DNA from: an uncultured delta proteobacterium
GTDB lineage: Bacteria; Desulfobacterota; RBG-13-43-22
Length of the DNA stretch: 64,000 bases
Reading direction: 5' to 3'
Assembly (NCBI GenBank): GCA_963743305.1
Contig: CAVUPH010000042.1
Coordinates: 74,664-138,663, forward strand
The notes beneath the pieces were generated by a model that did no database searches, was not told the origin of the DNA, and was given only the letters and a program-made list of their open reading frames with translations. Of the stretch, positions 1-9,298 are shown in pieces; positions within the stretch are counted from its first letter, which is position 1; every line of letters begins with the position of its first letter. Both the position numbers and the translations under genes were made by a program.

Positions 1-54
1 GCCCATCTTAGCGGAGGTTACTCTCAGGGTTTTGGAAAAATCTCTTGGAATTAC

Positions 55-249
55 TTAATTACCAACCGGAGTGCGACGCATAAAGGGAAGTAATAGATTG
101 AAAGTCCTTCTTTTGACACCAAACATCCTAAGTTCATTCTGTTGTTTTTGGGCATTTATAAGCATTGTTCTGTCAATATGAGGATTAGATTCTAAAATCT
201 TTTCAACATCTATTTTTATTTTTCCGTTTTTTGTTTTATCTTTTCTCAT
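55..249 (-). CDS. hypothetical small basic protein (64 aa)
   Basis: ORF in a visibly AT-rich stretch. A GGGAGGGG SD-like run lies a few nt upstream of the ATG on the minus strand. No recognisable family. Confidence 0.3.
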   Translation of the reverse strand: MRKDKTKNGKIKIDVEKILESNPHIDRTMLINAQKQQNELRMFGVKRRTFNLLLPFMRRTPVGN

Positions 250-774
250 AGCCCCTCCCGCTTATAACGGAATATATTTATCCTTAACATGGATAATTGC
301 TTTATGCCCTCGTTTTTGCATATAACCTTCAATATCTCAAACCCGATCCGTGACCTTCCTGCCAGAGTGCCCGCAAAGCGACGATCTCTGGAAAGCTCGA
401 CCATTATCCCCGAACGCGGATCCGGATCGACGCCCTCCCGCCCGTTCGTTCAAATCCTAAGCCTCCGCAGGACCTAAAACAGGCAAATCACCCATCGAAT
501 TTTCTGAATCAACCGTCTTATGCTCATTTATTCAGGACCAAGCTTCACAGCCGCCCCATGGTGATGCGTTCGTCCCGGTGGCCTTACTCTTTTGTATCCC
601 CCAACCGCCAGGGCCACAAAGGACACAGTTCAATCCGGCGGGTATGGGTTTCCCATAATTACTCTCCCCCCTCGCCCTCGAGCATTTCCGGCCGCATATA
701 TTTCGGCGCTCGCTTCAATTGGTAAACGTCTCGGCTTACCGCCCGGCGTTCCAGGGCGGCCTTGAACTTCGCTA

Positions 775-2712
775 CTAGGCCTGCACAATCCGGTTCTTCC
801 CCTGCATCTTCGCCCGATACATAGCGGCATCGGCCTGAGACAGAAGCTCCCCGGGAGTCAGGGTCCCCTCGATCTCGATTAGGCCGATACTCAAAGTCAT
901 AGGGAATACTTTACCGTTCAGTTCAAAAGATTGAGCCTCCACAACCAGACGGAGACGTTCCGCCGCTGAGAGGGCTTCCCCGCCGGTCTTCCCTTCGAGG
1001 AGGAGGGCAAATTCATCGCCCCCCAACCGGAAAACAACATCCTCGGTCCGAAGTTCGGCCTTGATGATGTTGGTCAAGAGGATCAGGACTTCATCCCCGG
1101 CGGCGTGACCGACCGTATCGTTGACGTCCTTGAAGTTGTCGAGGTCCAAGTACAGGAGAGAACTCTTCTCGCCCCGTTTGGCCTTAGCAATGCTGCGTTT
1201 GAGCATGTCCTCCAACGAATGTCGGTTCAAGAGGCCGGTGAGGGCATCGTGGATGGCGAAATATTCCAGGTCCGCCTGGTGGGACTTACGTTCAGTGATA
1301 TCGCGCAGGACGGCTGTGTAAAATCGGCCCCCGGCGGTCTCCCATTTGGCCAGCGAAAATTCGACGGGAAACTCGGTTCCGTCCTTCCGCAGTCCTTCCA
1401 GTTCAACCGTTTTGCCGATGACCTGCGACTCACCGCCGGCTTGGACCCTGTCCCGACCGGCCTGATGCCGGTCTCGGTAACGGTCCGGTATTAGTCGAGT
1501 CACGGATTGACCGCTGATCTCGGCCTCGGGGTAGCCGAACATTTTTTCAGCGCCCCGGTTCCAGCTCACAATGGCACCCCCACCGTCGGCCGTGACAATG
1601 GCGTCGTGGGCCGAGTTGGTCACCGCCCGGAAATGGGCTTCGCTTTCGCGTAGCGCAGTCACTTTCTCGTCCCGTTCCCTATTGGCCTGGTCTATTTCTC
1701 TGCCAAATGATTTCGCTATGATTATCACGATGAGGCCGACGGCCAGGGCGGAGGCTATGGCTAATAGCGCTGAGGTCAGTGCGGGATTAGTCGCCGAAGA
1801 TAATCCAATCGTATGGATGATATCACTGATCATAACAAAACCAACGGTCACCGGTAGAAATGTCCTTACCAAGCGACTGCGGACAGAAGTCCCTGTAAAA
1901 AATAGTATTGGATGAACAGAGGACCCCGAAGCAAACAGTATTCCCAAACCCAAGAAAACAAAGGCCACGGCTGTCGGGAAGGCTACGGGAATTATGCTTC
2001 CACCATACAACAGAGGGGTTCCATGTAAATATCCGAGAATTATTATCAGCCCGGCGGCACTAACCATCAGGGCCAAAAACGAAGCCGCGTTTTTAACCAG
2101 GTGTTTCCTGTGGGGTGAGAAACAGAGAAGTAATATTCCTGATGAGGCGACCATGAAATTTATGGAGGTAATAGGAGACATACGACCACTATAATTCAGG
2201 GGAAGATATTGGATAAACTTGGTCCGAGCGAATCCCAGATGTTCTGCTTGAAGGAAATTTCCTGAAAAGAAATAGATCAGCAACATTAAAGTGATTAATC
2301 CAGTGAGGGAAGCGCAGAATAGGGTAATCATCCGCGGAAGAAAGCCGGGAAGGAGAAGGGAAACAAGAAAGGAAGCGCTTAATAGGAAAAAACAGAAAGC
2401 CGTGCTGGGAGCGATGGGAATGTACGCTTGTTTTATACTGGTCAGCAGGGTTGACTCAAAAACCCATCCTGCTAAAGATACAGAGCCGATGACGGCCGTG
2501 ATCATTAAGCTCCCCAGAGACAGGCGTCTTAAGACCTGTTCCAAGCGTTCTTGATCGTTCATGGCCGCTCTTTCTGCTTTCGGTGCTGCCTGGTTTGCGA
2601 CAGGTGCGCCTTTATTGTCAATAACGTCTAGAATTTCCAAAAAATCTTTGTTGAATCGGGTGGTGCGGAGGAATTTCACCCTCCCGTTCCCACAGGTTCC
2701 CACTTTCCACAT
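775..2712 (-). CDS. membrane-bound sensor diguanylate cyclase (multi-TM N-terminus, PAS, GGDEF)
   Basis: 645-aa ORF. The N-terminal half is hydrophobic with multiple TM helices, followed by a PAS-like segment (IVSWNRGAEKMFGY). The C-terminus carries an intact RLGGDEFALL motif, with RTED (RxxD I-site) five residues upstream. A more plausible start is the ATG at 2562 (MNDQERLEQ). Confidence 0.9.
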   Translation of the reverse strand: MWKVGTCGNGRVKFLRTTRFNKDFLEILDVIDNKGAPVANQAAPKAERAAMNDQERLEQVLRRLSLGSLMITAVIGSVSLAGWVFESTLLTSIKQAYIPIAPSTAFCFFLLSASFLVSLLLPGFLPRMITLFCASLTGLITLMLLIYFFSGNFLQAEHLGFARTKFIQYLPLNYSGRMSPITSINFMVASSGILLLCFSPHRKHLVKNAASFLALMVSAAGLIIILGYLHGTPLLYGGSIIPVAFPTAVAFVFLGLGILFASGSSVHPILFFTGTSVRSRLVRTFLPVTVGFVMISDIIHTIGLSSATNPALTSALLAIASALAVGLIVIIIAKSFGREIDQANRERDEKVTALRESEAHFRAVTNSAHDAIVTADGGGAIVSWNRGAEKMFGYPEAEISGQSVTRLIPDRYRDRHQAGRDRVQAGGESQVIGKTVELEGLRKDGTEFPVEFSLAKWETAGGRFYTAVLRDITERKSHQADLEYFAIHDALTGLLNRHSLEDMLKRSIAKAKRGEKSSLLYLDLDNFKDVNDTVGHAAGDEVLILLTNIIKAELRTEDVVFRLGGDEFALLLEGKTGGEALSAAERLRLVVEAQSFELNGKVFPMTLSIGLIEIEGTLTPGELLSQADAAMYRAKMQGKNRIVQA

Positions 2713-2753
2713 CTAATTTTTTTGCCACGCGCATCCCTTTTCGGTGGAGGCCT

Positions 2754-2882
2754 CTACGTCTTCTTCGAATTTAAATAGCTTTTCATCTTTTTTTCGAATG
2801 TGAGGCATCTAAAGTCGTTTTCTTCCGCTGCGACGGAAGTGCACACCAAGATCCCGATCAAAACGCCAAACAGTTTATTCAT
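2754..2882 (-). CDS. possible 42-aa secreted peptide (below the ORF-track cutoff)
   Basis: My own translation gives MNKLFGVLIGILVCTSVAAEENDFRCLTFEKKMKSYLNSKKT. It has a signal-peptide-like N-terminus, and GGAGGAG lies 4 nt upstream of the ATG. No family assignment. Confidence 0.25.
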   Translation of the reverse strand: MNKLFGVLIGILVCTSVAAEENDFRCLTFEKKMKSYLNSKKT

Positions 2883-3292
2883 AGCTCCTCCGGTACGGTT
2901 TGATGCCTAACCAATTATCGAATTGGGCAATTTTCTGAATAATAGCAGAAAGTTTCAGTATTTTCTATGGGGAATTTTTGCGAGGTTATCAATCCTTTAT
3001 TTACCCAAAATAACCGATAAACAACCCCGCAAATCGAAAATTAGGGTGTTTTGATTTCAAAAATACCGGGTTTCCATTATTTATTTTTCTTTCTCCCCGG
3101 GATATCCTGCGGACCATATTGTAAAAGCAAACATTAAACGGGGCGCCCGGAACGGGGCCCGCGGTTCGAATGAATCGGCGTTTTTGGGTTTCGTAGGTAC
3201 TTGACGGTAGCTGCGAAGGTAAAATTAAATTTTGTTCCCTCAAATCCCTCACGGTGGGTCACGGCCACAGGAGGGGAGAAAGGAGTAAGAGG

Positions 3293-3514
3293 ATGAACAG
3301 GGGCCAATTCGAGGATCTGATGCTCACCGACGAAAAATTTTTTGCCCATTATGCCCGATTATTTATGGACTCCAAGGATGCCCTGGGTCAGAGCCTCACC
3401 GATTGGTGTTGGCGGAGATACCTGGACGGAGAACAGCCTAGCCCCATTTCCACCGGTTTCGGTATCGACTTTTTTTCAGACGGCGCTACTGTTTTCCAGG
3501 AAATCCGAGTATGA
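3293..3514 (+). CDS. hypothetical protein (73 aa from the internal ATG)
   Basis: AAGGAG lies 7 nt upstream of the ATG at 3293 (MNRGQFEDLML...). The stop overlaps the next ATG as ATGA. No recognisable family. Confidence 0.4.
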   Translation: MNRGQFEDLMLTDEKFFAHYARLFMDSKDALGQSLTDWCWRRYLDGEQPSPISTGFGIDFFSDGATVFQEIRV

Positions 3515-3774
3515 AATTTATGAATGGGCCTAAGCGGCTAATCTATTGGTCGATCATATTCTTTATTAGTTGGGCGCTTCTCGTTACCAGCGCGGCCTAT
3601 GTTAATTGTGAAAACGTTGTCCCCGATCAATTCTTGGACGTAGCCTTTGGATGTCAAAAGAGTCATCATTTTTTCTTGGCGGTAAGAGAAAAGACCTCTC
3701 CAGCCTTTCTCGGTTTCCTGAACACAATCAAACTCAAGAGAAGCGACTTCCTGACCGTAGTCCTTCGCTGTTAG
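3511..3774 (+). CDS. hypothetical membrane-anchored protein (87 aa)
   Basis: ATGA-coupled to the upstream ORF. It has an N-terminal TM helix (LIYWSIIFFISWALLVTSAAY). It competes with an equally protein-like antisense ORF at 3538..3864. Confidence 0.3.
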   Translation: MKFMNGPKRLIYWSIIFFISWALLVTSAAYVNCENVVPDQFLDVAFGCQKSHHFFLAVREKTSPAFLGFLNTIKLKRSDFLTVVLRC

Positions 3775-3892
3775 ACCCCATTCCTTATAATTTCTCTTTG
3801 TTTTCAGGCGCACGCCCTCTGTTTTTGCCAGGCTTTTCGGGAAGGCGACATTCCACCTAGGCACGGAAATTTTCGGTTTCCATGAGGGAGGA

Positions 3893-5395
3893 TTGAAACC
3901 ATGGACAAGACCATTTCATGCTGCAGCCGAAGCGCAGGAGGCTGGGGACACTGGGCTTTCAGGACCCTGGACGGGGCCGGCCGAAGGGGTCGCCGGCGAT
4001 CCGCTATTCCTGGAGGGTGTCCTCCCCCGAGAGGAATTTCTAGAACGACTGCACTTTGAAAAACGCCGGGTGGACCGTTCCGGGAAGCCGTTGTCCATGA
4101 CCCTGTTTTTCCTGAAAGAGGAGCTTCTGGCGGATGCCAGAAAGCTGCGTGAGTTCCTCCTGGCCCTTAAGCGGGATACCCGGGAGACGGACTTGAAGGG
4201 TTGGGTGAAGCGGAACGTCCTCGGCCTCCTGATGCTGGATACCGACGGCCTCCAGGCACAAAAGTGCCTGGAACTGCTGGGCAACGACCGAACGAAGACC
4301 TCCTGCGATTTCTTGACCGCGGCCTATCCCGACCGCCTCTTCGATGAATTGGCGGAGGAGGTGGAGGCCGTGCCCGGAATTCTTCCCCTGGAATCGCTGG
4401 AAATGGCGGGCGCCGACTCGGTCCAGCAAACCCTCAAGCGTGGCTTTGATATCCTGGGGGCACTGATCGGTCTGATCTTTTTCTCTCCGGTCTTGTTGAT
4501 CACGGCCCTGGCCCTCAAACTGACTTCCCCCGGACCGATTCTTTTTCGCCAGAGGCGTCTGGGACAAAGAGGAAATCCTTTCGACCTTTTAAACTTAAAT
4601 CCCCTGGCGGCCGCTAACGGCGACCTGGCCAAACCGAGATACCTGTTCAACCCGATCGATGGGCGATATCAGCAGGTCAGCCAGGGGAGACGGGATAATC
4701 CCTCGGTTTATGGGGAGAACGACTGCCTTAGCAGCCTGGCGGAGATAATTCGAAAGCTCGGCCTGGATCGACTGCCACAGCTTTTTAACGTGTTAAAGGG
4801 GGAAATGAGTCTGGTCGGCCCCCGGCCGATCAGGCCTCAGGAGGCGGATAAATTTAAGTCCTGGCGCCTCCGCCGGATCCTGTCCGTCAGACCGGGCCTC
4901 ACCGGCCTCTGGCAGGCGGAGGGACGCAGTCCAGCCTCTTTGGAGGAGATGATCCGATCGGACCTCCGCTATGTGCAGAATGGGTCGCTGGGGCTGGATC
5001 TTAAAATCCTGGCCAAAACGGTCTTTGAAGTTCTGATGGCCCTGGGGCCGAAGCCCGGGCCTGAACCGAAGGACCTCACTCCGGATGATGCGGGGGGCCG
5101 TAAATATGTCCGGAAGACGGCCAAGGTACTCGTCGAGGGCAGCGCGATCGGGTTATGGCTGAATTATTCCTGGCATCATTTTTTGGCGGTATCCCTGGGC
5201 TGGGGGGATAGCGCTCCGGATTGGTACTTTCGCCTCCAGGAAATAGTTTTCCTCTTCATCCTGCTCATCGGTATGGTCGGCTGGGCGGTCCTCTATCCCC
5301 GGTTAGACGGCTTCTTAACCGGCATAAGGTCTAAAAAGGGCTCTCTCTTGGCTGCCATCTTCTCCGGCAAGGCGTTACCCGCCAAGGGGAAATAA
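3893..5395 (+). CDS. polyprenyl-phosphate sugar transferase (Bac_transf / WbaP-ExoY type) with extra N- and C-terminal regions
   Basis: Family motifs are present: TM helix LIGLIFFSPVLLITALAL, SPGPILFRQRRLG, LPQLFNVLKGEMSLVGPRP and RPGLTGLWQ. The start is uncertain because the TTG at 3893 abuts the GAGGGAGGA SD and the ATG at 3901 is out of frame. Confidence 0.8.
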   Translation: MKPWTRPFHAAAEAQEAGDTGLSGPWTGPAEGVAGDPLFLEGVLPREEFLERLHFEKRRVDRSGKPLSMTLFFLKEELLADARKLREFLLALKRDTRETDLKGWVKRNVLGLLMLDTDGLQAQKCLELLGNDRTKTSCDFLTAAYPDRLFDELAEEVEAVPGILPLESLEMAGADSVQQTLKRGFDILGALIGLIFFSPVLLITALALKLTSPGPILFRQRRLGQRGNPFDLLNLNPLAAANGDLAKPRYLFNPIDGRYQQVSQGRRDNPSVYGENDCLSSLAEIIRKLGLDRLPQLFNVLKGEMSLVGPRPIRPQEADKFKSWRLRRILSVRPGLTGLWQAEGRSPASLEEMIRSDLRYVQNGSLGLDLKILAKTVFEVLMALGPKPGPEPKDLTPDDAGGRKYVRKTAKVLVEGSAIGLWLNYSWHHFLAVSLGWGDSAPDWYFRLQEIVFLFILLIGMVGWAVLYPRLDGFLTGIRSKKGSLLAAIFSGKALPAKGK

Positions 5396-5424
5396 CCACC
5401 CAAACGAATATCCTTTTTTATCTT

Positions 5425-6300
5425 TTGGCCGCATTTTCTTGCGGGACGAATGGGCTTATCTTATTGAATTCCTATCTTAAAGTTGGAACACCCGAAAATG
5501 ATTTCGGAAGAATCCCATCGGGAGTTGAAAAGGTTTTTACCTTTTTTTCGCGTGCCGTAAGAAACCCGCTCCAATCCATCTGGGGGGCATTGTTCGTAAT
5601 TCAGCGGCGGATTGATCCCGGGGACGAAACCCTGGCCCAGGCCGTTCGCATTCTTCGGGAGGAAATAGGCCAACTCCAGGAACTGGTTCAAGATACCTTG
5701 GAATTCCTCCGGCCGGCGGAAGGAAAGTCGGTTATCCCGGTTGATCTCAATTCCCTGCTGGCCTCGCTCCTGGCCGCCCTGACCATTAATCCGGACGGGT
5801 CCGACCTCCCGGTTTCCGTGAACAGCTCCTTCGATCCGGCTCTTCCGCAACTGCCGGCCGATTACGAGGAGATTAGGAGGGCCTTCGGGCATCTTCTAAA
5901 AAACGGCCACGCGGCCCTGTCGGTTATGGGAGGGAATCTGAGTGTTGAAACCCGTTTCTCCCCGGATCCGGTACCAGGAAATATACGCGTAGATTTAACC
6001 GCGGAAGGCCCCGGTGTGAGAGGGAAATATTTTGACCAGGGATTCCCTTCCTTTACTATCTACCCGAACCGGGGAAACGGTTTGGGAGCGGCCATTGCCC
6101 AGCGGATTATCACGGAACAGTATCAGGGAGACCTGAAGTGGGAGCGGGACGCCGAAGGAGTCCTGCGCTTGTGGGTGTCCTTGCCGCTTAAAATGACCAC
6201 CCGGCCGGCGTTGGGAGGCGATCAACCGGCTGAAAACGATCGACCCCGGTTTGATGATACCCAAACCCCACAAGCAGGGATATTTAGGACCACCTTTTAA
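5425..6300 (+). CDS. histidine-kinase-like ATPase lacking the phospho-acceptor His
   Basis: The H-box-like segment FFSRAVRNPLQSI has Arg where H-E-x-R-x-P-L kinases have His. An N-box (LLKNGHAAL), a G1-like box (EGPGV) and a G2 box (GNGLGAAIAQRI) are present. There is no TM segment or sensor domain. The start codon is uncertain. Confidence 0.65.
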   Translation: MAAFSCGTNGLILLNSYLKVGTPENDFGRIPSGVEKVFTFFSRAVRNPLQSIWGALFVIQRRIDPGDETLAQAVRILREEIGQLQELVQDTLEFLRPAEGKSVIPVDLNSLLASLLAALTINPDGSDLPVSVNSSFDPALPQLPADYEEIRRAFGHLLKNGHAALSVMGGNLSVETRFSPDPVPGNIRVDLTAEGPGVRGKYFDQGFPSFTIYPNRGNGLGAAIAQRIITEQYQGDLKWERDAEGVLRLWVSLPLKMTTRPALGGDQPAENDRPRFDDTQTPQAGIFRTTF

Positions 6301-6494
6301 AAATCGGCCGGCGGCCCTTCATCGACTTCTCCCCCCAGCCCATCCCATTTTTTCTCCATCCGGATTACTTTCAATAAAATGCTTTATGATGGTATTTTGT
6401 CTTTGAAAGATGGTAGGCTGGAGTATTTCCATTTCCCGCGGAAGGCTTCTTTTTTTAATTCCCGGTTGGTAGGAATTCATAAGCAGGAGAAGGT

Positions 6495-9161
6495 ATGACC
6501 CCGCCCAAGAAGTCCGTTGCAAAAAAAGCGAAACGCGAAGCCCCTGCCCGGCCCCAAGGGGATGATCAAAAACCCCTAACCGAAGCGGGAAGCAGCCGGG
6601 CCCCCCTTTATATTGTCGGCATCGGCGGATCGGCCGGGGCTTTGGAGGCCTTGGGGCAGTTTTTTCCCAACCTGCCGCCTAACTCGGGCCTGGGATTCGT
6701 CGTCGTGACCCACCTCGATCCCACCCATAAAGGGATCATGCCCGAATTAGTCCAGCGAATGACACCCATGAAGGTCTTTCAGGCCGATGATAATATGAAA
6801 GTCGAAGCCGATACGGTGTATGTCATTCCCCCCAACAAGGACCTGGCCATCATGAACGGGGTCCTGCAATTACTGGAACCCTCCGCGCCCCGGGGCCTGA
6901 GGCTGCCGATCGATTTTTTCTTCCGGCACCTGGCCGACGACCAGAAGGAACGGAGCATCGGGATCATTTTCTCCGGCATGGGGAGCGACGGGACCCTGGG
7001 CCTGCGTTCCATCAAGGAACAGATGGGCATGGTCATGGTCCAGGACCCGCGAACGGCCAAGTACGACTCCATGCCCCGCAGCGCCCTGGAGACGGGCCTG
7101 ACCGATTTCCTGGCCCCGGCCGATGCGCTTCCCGAAAAACTCATCCAATACGCCGGACATTTCCTTAAAATCAGCCGCACGCGCCCGGCGATAGAAACGA
7201 AGTCGTCGAGCGCCCTTCAGAAGACCATGGTCCTGTTAAGGGGTAAAACCGGCAATGATTTCTCTCTCTATAAAGAGAATTCCATCCTCCGCCGCATCAA
7301 CCGCCGCATGAGCATCCACCAGATCAGCGACCTGTCCCAATATGTCATTTACCTGGAGAAAAATCCCCGGGAGATCGGGCTGCTGTTCAAAGAGATGCTG
7401 ATCGGAGTCACCAATTTTTTTCGCGATCCGGAGGCCTTCGAACTCCTTAAGGAAAAGGCTGTTATCCCGCTGCTGCAAGGCAAGGAAGAGGGCGGCGTCC
7501 TGCGGGTTTGGGTCCCGGCTTGTTCCACCGGGGAGGAAGCCTACAGCCTGGCGATCCTGATAAGGGAATGCCTGGATCAGAGGCCTCTTTCAAACGTCAA
7601 GGTCCAGATCTACGCCACCGATATCGACCCGGAGTCCATCACTTTTGCCCGGCATGGCCTTTATCTGACCAATATCGCCGCCGACGTTTCAGAGTTTCGG
7701 CTGCAACGGTTTTTCATTAAAGAGGGTACCCATTTCCGGGTCCGTCAGGAAATTCGGGATATGGTGGTATTTGCACCCCAAAACCTGTTGTCCGATCCGC
7801 CCTTCACCAAACTGGATCTGCTAAGCTGCCGAAACCTGTTGATTTATTTCAACAGCGCCGCCCAAAAAAAAATCCTGCCTCTTTTTTACTACGCCCTGTT
7901 GCGGGGAGGGATACTTTTTCTGGGGCCTTCGGAAACCATCTCGGGCTATAACGATCTTTTTAACCCGGTGGATTCCAGATGGAAGATTTACAGACGTCGA
8001 GAATCCCTATCGGCCACGATGGCTCTCCCCGATTTTCCGGTCCGGGTCTTTTCCCGGGAAATGACCAAGGTGCGAAAACCGGAAAAACGACCGTCGAATG
8101 TTCCTTTGTCTCTGTCGGAAATTCTTCAGGCGTTTATCGTCAGCCACCTGGCCCCGCCCGTAGTCGTCACCAATGAAAATGGGGACCTTTTATTCTCCAC
8201 GCAGCGGGTCGGCAGGTACCTCGAACCCCCGGTTGGCCGGGCCAGCCTCAATGTCTTCGACATGGCCCGGGAAGGGTTGAAACTGGAACTTTCGGTGGCG
8301 GTCCGGAAAGCCATCACCCAGCAAAGTGAAATTCGGGTGAGGGACATCATCATTAAAACGAACGGGGATCGGGTGAAATTTAATTTGACGGTCAAGCCGC
8401 TTCCGGTCCCAGAGGCGCCCTCGGGACTTTTGATTATCGTCTTCGAGGAAGTGCCGTTTAAGCTCCCCAAGAAAAGAACCAAATCCCAGTTGGGAAAAGA
8501 TGCCGACGGGGACAGCCGGATCAGCGAGTTGGAAGGGGAACTCCGAAATACCAAAGAGAGCCTGCAGACGGCCATCGAGGAGATGGAGACTTCCCAGGAA
8601 GAACTGAAGGCGACCAACGAAGAACTGCAGAGCACCAACGAGGAGCTGCAGAGCGCCAATGAGGAACTGCAAAGCTCCAACGAGGAACTGAATACCTCCA
8701 AGGAGGAGATGCAGTCCCTTAATGAAGAGCTGATGACGCTCAATGCCGAACTGCAGACGAAAAACGATGAATTTCTGATGGCGAACAATGACCTGCGGAA
8801 CCTGTTGGACAGCACCCAGATCCCCACGGTCTTTCTGGACCATAACCTGAATATCAAGCGATTTACCCAACAGGCCACCATGATTTTCAAGCTGATCCCC
8901 ACGGATACCGGGAGGCCGATCACCGACATCGTTTCCAGGCTGCAATACGGGACCCTGGCGCAAGATGTGCGCACCGTGCTGGACAGCCTGGTCCTCGAGG
9001 AGAAACAGGTCCAGGCCAACGACGGACGCTGGTATACGATGAGGATCATGCCCTCCCGGACCCTGGAGAATAAGGTTGAAGGAGTGGTCATTACCTTCAC
9101 CGACATAACCGAAATAAAACAAATGAAAGAGAGCGTCAAACGCGCGAAGGTCGGCGGTTGA
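6495..9161 (+). CDS. CheB-type methylesterase / CheR-type methyltransferase fusion with PAS domains and a coiled coil
   Basis: A CheB-like N-terminus (YIVGIGGSAGALEAL) is followed by a CheR SAM-binding core (FFRDPEAFE, VWVPACSTGEEAYSLAIL, YATDID). Then come the NEELQS heptad coiled coil and a C-terminal PAS domain. GGAGAAGG SD lies upstream. Confidence 0.9.
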   Translation: MTPPKKSVAKKAKREAPARPQGDDQKPLTEAGSSRAPLYIVGIGGSAGALEALGQFFPNLPPNSGLGFVVVTHLDPTHKGIMPELVQRMTPMKVFQADDNMKVEADTVYVIPPNKDLAIMNGVLQLLEPSAPRGLRLPIDFFFRHLADDQKERSIGIIFSGMGSDGTLGLRSIKEQMGMVMVQDPRTAKYDSMPRSALETGLTDFLAPADALPEKLIQYAGHFLKISRTRPAIETKSSSALQKTMVLLRGKTGNDFSLYKENSILRRINRRMSIHQISDLSQYVIYLEKNPREIGLLFKEMLIGVTNFFRDPEAFELLKEKAVIPLLQGKEEGGVLRVWVPACSTGEEAYSLAILIRECLDQRPLSNVKVQIYATDIDPESITFARHGLYLTNIAADVSEFRLQRFFIKEGTHFRVRQEIRDMVVFAPQNLLSDPPFTKLDLLSCRNLLIYFNSAAQKKILPLFYYALLRGGILFLGPSETISGYNDLFNPVDSRWKIYRRRESLSATMALPDFPVRVFSREMTKVRKPEKRPSNVPLSLSEILQAFIVSHLAPPVVVTNENGDLLFSTQRVGRYLEPPVGRASLNVFDMAREGLKLELSVAVRKAITQQSEIRVRDIIIKTNGDRVKFNLTVKPLPVPEAPSGLLIIVFEEVPFKLPKKRTKSQLGKDADGDSRISELEGELRNTKESLQTAIEEMETSQEELKATNEELQSTNEELQSANEELQSSNEELNTSKEEMQSLNEELMTLNAELQTKNDEFLMANNDLRNLLDSTQIPTVFLDHNLNIKRFTQQATMIFKLIPTDTGRPITDIVSRLQYGTLAQDVRTVLDSLVLEEKQVQANDGRWYTMRIMPSRTLENKVEGVVITFTDITEIKQMKESVKRAKVGG
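8595..8762 (+). repeat. eight tandem 21-bp (heptad) units inside the CheB-CheR CDS
   Basis: In-frame units encode QEELKAT, NEELQST, NEELQSA, NEELQSS, NEELNTS, KEEMQSL, NEELMTL and NAELQTK. Confidence 0.9.
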
Positions 9162-9298
9162 AGGTCAACGCTTCACCGGCGACCTCAACCTCCCGGGAGG
9201 GGAAGATCATAGCCAGGGTCTTATCTGAAACCTTATGATATGGCTCTATTATGAGACTGTTAATAAATGCGTCCCCAAAAACCTGATCGAGGAAAGCC

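Noticed and set aside
289-830. Track ORFs 289..477 and 630..830, and a KFKAALERRAVSRDVYQL frame near 660-770
   Set aside because: None has a usable start with an SD. Composition is odd and they partly overlap the cyclase 3' end, so I treat the region as non-coding or a relic.
3150-3180. GGTTCGAAT, a tRNA T-loop-like string
   Set aside because: The flanking bases do not form a T-stem, acceptor stem or anticodon arm on either strand. I found no tRNA here or elsewhere in the intergenic regions I read.
3100-3200. GCAAAC...ACGGGGC strings reminiscent of a c-di-GMP (GEMM) riboswitch upstream of the EPS-like block
   Set aside because: I could not build the P1/P2 helices or the GAAA tetraloop/receptor arrangement. 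The similarity is limited to short words.
3538-3864. 108-aa minus-strand ORF with a plausible globular composition
   Set aside because: It has no SD, only a GTG start, and no ATG with a ribosome site. The plus strand has an SD-led, ATGA-coupled ORF pair here. I keep it as an unresolved alternative, not a call.
8595-8762. Tandem 21-bp repeats as a hypervariable or slippage locus
   Set aside because: The units are in frame and diverged at the nucleotide level. They encode the coiled coil that, as I recall, is a conserved hallmark of CheB-CheR-PAS fusion proteins.
8126-9139. 337-aa and 310-aa minus-strand ORFs with a striking SSSLxLCSSSL repeat
   Set aside because: They are antisense to the CheB-CheR CDS. 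The repeat is simply the mirror image of the NEELQS heptads.
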